A DNA stretch of 64,000 bases from Octopus vulgaris (Eukaryota): NCBI GenBank assembly GCA_951406725.2, contig OX597815.1:21700001-21764000 (forward strand), written 5' to 3'. Below, piece after piece: positions 56,389 through 64,000 of the stretch. The stretch's first letter is position 1. Each line of letters opens with the position of its first letter. The position numbers were made by a program, and so were the translations under genes. The notes below the pieces were generated by a model. That model was not told the DNA's origin, searched no databases, and worked only from the letters and a program-made list of their open reading frames with translations.

Positions 56389-57105
56389 ACTGTCACACAC
56401 CACAGATGCGTAGATAGATAGATACTTGAATGCATTCATGAGCACATATACGAACATGCACACATGCCACTTCGGAAATTGTATCAGTAGCCTCCGTTAC
56501 TGTAATATTCGGACAGACAATGGACGAGATTCTAACAATTGAATCCAGGCTACTTAGATATCTACACATGAATTAACCACCTACACAGCTTCACAGATCC
56601 AGCCATTCAACAACTACATCCAAGTAAAACGTACAACCCACACTAATTGTTCTCAACTGGAATAATTGAGAATGGTTTATAAGCGTGGCCTATGTGTGTA
56701 GGTTGAGCAGGTTTCATAGCGCTGCACGTGTTTGTGTGGGAGGTGGTGTCAGTTTGAAGGAAACCTTAGATGCATTTTTCAAACTTATTCGCTGTCATTC
56801 GTCAAATCTTATACATCCGACATTCTCGTTGTAATTTTTCTTTATTTAATTTAATTATTTAAAAAAAAAAATATGTGACGCTGTTAACTTATAATGGTTG
56901 TTTTTCTTTCTGTTTTTATTTATTGAATCGTTCTTAAACACCTCAATGCGTGTACTTCGGTGATTCAGCTAACATATACATGCTTACATTTACATCCACT
57001 CGCTCCTCGACTGATAAAGCATAAATTCACACGCTGACATACATATATACATTCAAATATAATAGATACATACATGGATACACACACACATATACGCATA
57101 TGTAC

Positions 57106-57168
<63 letters not shown>

Positions 57169-57801
57169 TGCGTGCGTGCACGTATATAAGTATTCATAAA
57201 TACGACTGTTTACTTGAGCACACGAAGACATACAAATGATCCAGCTCGCACTTTCTCGATTTATCATTGTGTATGGCTGTCATGTTTTTTTTTCTCCGCC
57301 ATTTATCGGAACATTTATCTGTTCATCATGGCTTTCCTATTCAACAGTTTCTGTGCTTGTGTGCCTACAGTTTCAAGTGCATGCTCATAAACACACAATG
57401 AAGATAGACGACGAATTAGCAGATACGCTTTCAGCAACACATGTGAAAGAACATACCTGCTCTTTTATATTTATGTTAAATCTTTTATATTCATGTTCGT
57501 CCATTTTTTTTTTCCAATGCAACAAACTAATTCTGCTTGTAATGGTCAATATAGTATTTTGTTTGTCTTAATCGGGACCAATATTACAAACTGATAGAAA
57601 GAAAAGTTTCCTAAGAGAAGTAATGTTGACTAATAAGACAAACTGATAGGAAATGGTCGACTCCTTGACTTAAAAGTATACAGGCAAACAAAGAATATGC
57701 TAGGTTGGCAGTTAGACTAACTGGCAAGCTGACCAAAAGACTGGCGTAAATACGGACAAATAATATTTCGGGCTTGCTGAAATACGACTTATGAGAGTCA
57801 A

Positions 57802-57854
<53 letters not shown>

Positions 57855-58043
57855 TGTTACAAAGAGAAAATAGAAACTACACTTGGTAACGTAAGGGGAA
57901 AGTAAGAAAAATAAACGAAAATGCACATTGTAAATAAAAAAAAAGTAAAGGCTTTTTATGAAAGGTAACGAAAGATATACAATTAGATGAACTGAGGTAG
58001 GAATAAAAGTAATAAAAGTCATTTTTGTGAATTGTTAAAGAGA

Positions 58044-58086
58044 TTCAAGCATACCGGTTTCGTAAGTTACTAATCATTGCTTTGAA
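58044..58086 (-). ncRNA. Degenerate minimal hammerhead
   Basis: Minus strand UUCAAAGCA-AUGAUUA-GUAACUUAC-GAAA-CCGG-UA-UGCUUGAA. All three stems and the GUA triplet are present but the core has two substitutions versus CUGAUGA. Confidence 0.6.
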
Positions 58087-58373
58087 TGCACACCATTTTA
58101 CACACACACACACACACACATATATATAACAAGCAAAAATGCTAGTTTTAAAATCTAAGTGATCAACGCAGTAGTTGTACTAGCAAGTTATATTCGTAGC
58201 CACTTTAACATGACTGTCCGTTCGAGAGGACTCTATTGCTATTGTTTAACCTCAGGAGGACATCTCCTCTTGCTAGTTAACGATGCTCTAGAGGAGATTC
58301 CTCTTGAGGTTAAAAAATCGCAGTAGAGTCCGCTTGAACGGACAGCCATGTTGTAGTGGCTACGAATATTACT

Positions 58374-58404
<31 letters not shown>

Positions 58405-58685
58405 ATATATAAAAAGGGGACAACAAACCATTCAGATAGATGATACAAAGAAAACAAGGATGGGTCATTCGGAATTTTCTTTCGTCAGTCGAGTCCCAGA
58501 TTATCTTTGCAATTTCGGCTGGTTATACTCGAGATTGGTCCAATCTGGCCAGCCCCAAGGAAAAACTAAGCTAAGAGCATTAGATTCTTTGGAAGAAAGC
58601 AGCAAATGTATACGAAAACAAGGACGGGAAAGAAACGGAGAATGTTACATAACAGGACATAGCAGGTGTCTTTCGACTAAGGACG

Positions 58686-58732
<47 letters not shown>

Positions 58733-59413
58733 AGTGTATACATGTATACATATATATATGCGTATACTTAAATGTATAAATATGTGTCTGTCTGTCTCTT
58801 TATCTGCCTATCTGTTGCAAACATTATTAAACAACGCAAGTGGGTCAGAGTATGTGTCAGGGTGTCTTGTCTGTGTTTCAGTTTATCTTACCCTCTGTTA
58901 AATTACGCTGTCAGATGGCAAAATGTTACTTGTTTTAGGGATGTAGACCACCGCAATTTTGCCCCCTAATTAAAGTGATTCTATACAATAGGTAATATGG
59001 ATCAGATGAAAAAGATGGATAAACATAGATACACTCGGACAGACTGATAGACTGATATTTTGATACAAAGCTAGACAGACTACCAAATCGGCTGACTGAA
59101 ATATTAAGTTAGTCTTAAGATATTTAATGCCTGGTTCGTTTAAAACAGCTTAAAAAAATCTATGAGGGAAAGGCAAAAAAATTCAAGCTAACGATTAATG
59201 TTATTTGCAACAAGCATAGATGACAGCTGCGAGCATATTTTGGTTTTATTCTGATTTCTTATGCAAAACCTTTTCTTCACATTACTAACCAAATCAGTAA
59301 CGAAAGAATTACTATGTAAATATAGTAGATTGTTAATTTGCTCGAGTAAGAAAAATGTTTATAGATTTAAATAAATAAAACAACGACAAGCTAACAGTAA
59401 AAACAAAAATATA

Positions 59414-59644
59414 CTCTTTACTCTTTTACTTGTTTCAGTCATTTGACTACGGCCATGCTGGAGCACCGCCTTTAGTCGAGCAAATCGACCCCGGGACTTA
59501 TTCTTTGTAAGCCCAGTACTTATTCTATCGGTCTCTTTTGCCGAACCGCTAAGTGACGGGGACGTAAACACACCAGCATCGGTTGTCAAGCAATGCTAGG
59601 GGGACAAACACAGACACACAAACACAGACACACACACACACACA

Positions 59645-59698
<54 letters not shown>

Positions 59699-59869
59699 CA
59701 TATATACGACAGGCTTCTTTCAGTTTCCGTCTACCAAATCCACTCACAAGGCATTGGTCGGCCCGGGGCCATAGCAGAAGACACTTGCCCAAGATGCCAC
59801 GCAGTGGGACTGAACCCGGAACCATGTGGTTGGTTAGCAAGCTACTTACCACACAGCCACTCCTGCGCC
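59414..59869 (-). mobile_element. SINE family A
   Basis: Full-length reverse-complement copy. Confidence 0.93.
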
Positions 59870-60090
59870 TATATAGTTGAAAAATAGAAACAAAAATGAT
59901 GCTGACCATTCTGTTTTAACTCTCAAATTGGATATTTTATGCCAACGATGTAAGGTACCTCCACATTTTACCATAGAAAAGGATACCATGCACAGTCTTT
60001 ATGGTTGATTCAACCATTAAGAGAAGGATACTTTTGCTACACATACATACATACATACATACATACATACATACATACATACATACATGT

Positions 60091-60432
60091 GTGAAGGCGC
60101 ATGGCTCAGTGGTTAGAGCGTCGAGCTTACGATCGTGAGGTTGTGAGCTCGAATCCCGGTCCGGGCTGCGTGTTGTGTTCTTGAGCAAGGCACTTTATTT
60201 TCACGTTGCTCCAGTTCACTCAGCTGTAGAAATGAGTTGCGACGTCACTGGTGCCAAGCTGTATCGGCCTTTGTCTTTCCCTTGGATAACACAGGTGGCG
60301 TGGAGAGGGGAGGCTGGTATGCATGGGCGACTTGTAGTCTTCCATAAACAACCTTGCCCGGACTTGTGTCTAGGAGGGTAACTTTCTAGGTGCAATCCCA
60401 TGGTCATTCATGACCGAAGGGGGTCTTTACCC
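60091..60432 (+). mobile_element. SINE family C, full length
   Basis: GGCGCATGGCTCAGTGGTTAGAGCG (A box), CTCGAATCCC (B box). Matches 7701. Confidence 0.92.
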
Positions 60433-60506
60433 TTTTTTACATACATACATGCATGCATGCATACATACATACATGCATACATACATACATACATACATAC
60501 ATTATT

Positions 60507-61135
60507 ATGGCTGCCCCCTCGCTATCGAGTATGGCCATTGCACGAAGCTTAACTGTTACTGGTGCTGTAATCAAATGTGACTTTTATTTTTTCGCTTTTT
60601 AAGGCTACAGCCAGCCATTCAGTTGAGACTCACAGCACCATCAACAATCATGAATTAGTTAATCAATTTAATCAATCAATCAATGTTGTTATCGTGCAAT
60701 GCCTGTGCAAGAAGATTTGTTTTTAAAGTGAGGAAAGGCTGTGCACTGAGTCAATCCTACTCACTAAACAACAGCAGCCATAATCCGAAAAGAAGAACAA
60801 GTCAACATCATCGGTAACCACTGAGCCGCAGGTTTTATGCCGGAGTTATCCCAATTACCTGAGTTACCTTCTCCTAGAAGGATGCCCTAATAAGGGCTAG
60901 GAGTCCTTCACTCCCAATGGTTTAACCCCGCGATCGGGTATTCAGTCCGATTATTTCTATGTCCCCGCGCATAATACAGCCTTAAGACATTTATTGGATG
61001 GCCGTTGACTCTCAAGAGTTCCTCCGCCCTTTGACGGGTTTTGTTTTTCATCCCGCAGGGTGTCCAATAAACACCCTCCTCACCAAGCAAGCTTGGTGGG
61101 GTTGCCGGTTTAGTCGCCGACGACCCGACCATGCA
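60507..61135 (-). mobile_element. Family F non-coding retroelement, second copy, in (CATA)n
   Basis: Reverse complement of 44935-45555. Confidence 0.8.
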
Positions 61136-61592
61136 CGCATACATACATACATACATACATACATACATACATACATACATACATACAATTAAATAAACAT
61201 ATACGCATACATAAAATAAAAATTACGAGCCGGTATTCCGTCTTCCGGATGGTTGTGGGTTTCCTCAAAAATTTCTCTATATAGCCTTTTGGTTATATTT
61301 CCACCTGAAGTTTCCTACTCTTCTGGGTTATTTGTTTTTTAAGATGTTGCATGTGTATTGTGATATTTGGATGATCTTTATGTGTACTGGAATGCTTTTG
61401 GTTAATGTAATGTAATTATTGTTCGTAATGCTTGTACGTTGATGTATGTGATTCATTAGTTCTTTACTGCTTGTGTTTATGGCCGTGTAGTCAAGTATTT
61501 CGTGTTTGTTCGTGCTGGAGTATGTGAACTGACCTGTGTGTTTGTGAATTAAGTTGTACTTATAACGATAGTGGTAGTGATGGGGATAAAAG

Positions 61593-61821
61593 CGGCGAGC
61601 TGGCAGAAACGTTAGCACGCCGGGCGAAATGCTAAGCGGTATTTCGTCTGCCGTTACGTTGTGAGTTCAAATTCCGCCGAGGTCGACTTTGCCTTTCGTC
61701 CTTTCGGGGTCGATAAATTAAGTACCAGTTACGCACTGGGGTCGATGTAACCGACTTAATACCTTTGTCTGTCCCTGTTTGTCCTCTCTGTGTTTAGCCC
61801 CTTGCGGGTAGTAAAGAAATA
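61593..61821 (+). mobile_element. SINE family B with 15-bp TSD
   Basis: GGTAGTGATGGGGAT at 61573-61587 and 61822-61836. Confidence 0.93.
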
Positions 61822-61845
61822 GGTAGTGATGGGGATGTTGATGTT

Positions 61846-62018
61846 GATAGTACTGGTTTCCTTGATAGTACTGGTTTCCTTTATAGTACTGATTTCCTTG
61901 ATAGTACTGGTTTCCTTTATAGTACTGGTTTCCTTGATAGTACTGGTTTCCTTTATAGTACTGGTTTCCTTGATAGTACTGGTTTTCTTTATAGTACTGG
62001 TTTCCTTGATAGTACTGG
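61846..62018. repeat. 18-bp tandem repeat (about 9.5 copies), reads (TSTIKE)n on the minus strand
   Basis: Unit ATAGTACTGGTTTCCTT(G/T). Confidence 0.95.
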
Positions 62019-63484
62019 TGTTGCAGTACAGCTGTTGGGGTTGGGTGTCGGTGAACCGTTGCTTCAAAGTAACTCCCTCATTTGCCAGCTTTTTGTGCTG
62101 ATGTGCTTTTGTTTCTTTATCTTTTCATTGCATTGGTAACTTTCTGCCATTTAGGCACCTCACCGTCACTTTCGCCACACGATCAGTTTGAGTGGTCCCA
62201 AGCAGGGAGAGGCATAACTCGGGAGTATCGTCTTATTGTTTTGTTGTTGTTTGGGGCTTTCAATTGCTGTCGTTCGTAGTCATGTCGTGGCTCTTGAAGG
62301 CGGTGTTTCTTTTGTTTTTGTTGCTGTTGTTTCCACTCTTGGTGTTGCTGCCACTTTTGCTGTTGTTGGTGCTGCTTCCAGTCGTATAGCTGGTACTGCA
62401 AGTACTGTTGCTGTGGTTGCATGAAGTTGTAGTGGCTGTGGTTGTTTGTGTTGTGGTTGCTTCTGTTGTTGTTGGTGTTTAAATTGTGGTGTTAGCAGTA
62501 ATAGAGGCCTTCTTTCAGCTGTCTATTTCTGTTGTTGTTAGGTGAAAAAAGCCTTGAAGTGATAAGTATTTCTTCAGCTGTAACATCGAGGTCTCCAGCC
62601 CTTTCATACCATACCTCATACAGATGCTGCCCTCCTGGGATCTCTACTAACTCGGGGATTTTGTCTAGTATTTCTAGTTTCACCGAATCAAAATTTCCAG
62701 TCGCATTCCAACTTTCTTTTCGGAATGTATTTCTAGAAGCGTGATAATATATTCCAAAACTACACACTTCACCATTCATCGGGAATCTAGTCCTGGTTGT
62801 ATATTCGAGATATTTACTAGAATCGCTCTTCGTTCCAAGTAAATCTGTATCCTTGTGAAATTTTTAGTTCTCTGTGGGACGGTAGAGAGCTTCTTAGTTA
62901 GGCTTTCTGAGCGGCAAGTAATTCAGATATATCCGAATGTTTGTGGTATGTCCTACAGAACTGATTTCTTCTCATATATTCCTTAAACAGAATTCAGCTT
63001 CGTCTAAAGGTTATACACTCTATTTTGTGTCTTTCCATCGATAAGCGTCTATACTGAATTGTTTTTCTTTTCTTTTGTTTTAAAATGTGTTGCAATATAG
63101 TGAATGTAGCTTTTCTTTGTTCTAGTCTGTTGACGTATTTCTCTGCCTCTTCTAAATGTTCATGCTTATTGTCTGGTGATAAGAGATTGAAAACGTTTGT
63201 GATCCTGACAAAACAAATACTTTTTGCCGTGTTTTCACTCTTACTACGGCCAGTTTTAATTACAACCATGTCTGTATTATGGTAAGGTAGAAAATGACTG
63301 CGAAAGACTGCTTCACCTTCAAAACCTCCTCTCACCAACACCGTGCTCGTTTATTTACTGGGCGATAAGACAACGCCATTTTGAATTGTTTTTCAATAAG
63401 CAGAAAAATTTTCATTCTTTAAAATTCTGCTCCGTAAGGTGAGAAACAAACATTTGATCGGTCCCTTATGGTTCCACAGGCAAT

Positions 63485-63527
63485 AAATAACAACAACAAC
63501 AACAACAACAACAACCACAACAAACAA

Positions 63528-63622
<95 letters not shown>

Positions 63623-63625
63623 GTA

Positions 63626-63683
<58 letters not shown>

Positions 63684-63684
63684 C

Positions 63685-63737
<53 letters not shown>

Positions 63738-63780
63738 GAACAACAACAACAACGACAACAACAACATCAACAACAAAAAC
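63485..63780. repeat. (CAA)n-(TAT)n-(AAT)n compound microsatellite
   Basis: Direct reading. Confidence 0.95.
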
Positions 63781-64000
63781 AATTTCTTTATTGGACTTGA
63801 AACTAAAATTAGAGGGTCATGGTTGGAACATTTTGATCTTAGCCCTGCTTGATCAGAGCTGACCTGGGGTTAAACAATATTAATAAAAAAATATCCCTCT
63901 ACGTTCATCACTTCCACCACGCTACTTGGAGAACCACGACCACTTCCTCTTCCTACTTTCAGTATTTAACATGACCACCACTACAGCTTCTTTGTACTTA

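Larger units (their letters stand above)
61240..63390 (-). pseudogene. Decayed LINE ORF1-like coding region
   Basis: Collinear minus-strand ORF fragments (62994-63341, 62492-62779) are followed by Thr/Gln-rich low-complexity sequence. It starts at AATTCAAAATGGCG. The family assignment is tentative. Confidence 0.4.

Noticed and set aside
60091-60165. tRNA genes at SINE heads
   Set aside because: A and B boxes continue into SINE bodies present in multiple copies, so these are tRNA-derived heads and not tRNA genes.

Overview
AT-rich, microsatellite-dense eukaryotic non-coding DNA with no intact host protein-coding gene. The repeat repertoire (tRNA-derived SINEs with CORE-like and Nin/Deu-like domains, RTE and R4/Dong LINEs, mariners, Helitrons, long TA/TATG/CTAT tracts) suggests a cephalopod, probably Octopus; this is an inference. 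Most ORFs in the supplied track are translations of microsatellites. The main signal is a set of short non-coding elements embedded in TA/CA microsatellites that carry type I hammerhead ribozymes with a tiny palindromic stem III. Most sit in the loop of, or are duplicated inside, long fold-back inverted repeats. Three cores look intact (915-974 -, 26516-26600 +, 50522-50611 -). Several more are mutated, halved or degenerate (6589-6626, 39697-39733, 50716-50805, 51717-51890, 58044-58086). A decayed Penelope GIY-YIG fragment lies about 0.8 kb from one of them. Two families each occur in both a single-ribozyme-in-loop form and a fully palindromised form, which points to snap-back copying. Also present: RTE LINEs ending in three C2H2 zinc fingers, an R4/Dong LINE associated with (CATA)n, a Helitron containing a LINE-ORF1-like fragment, and SINEs that share a head but swap tails.
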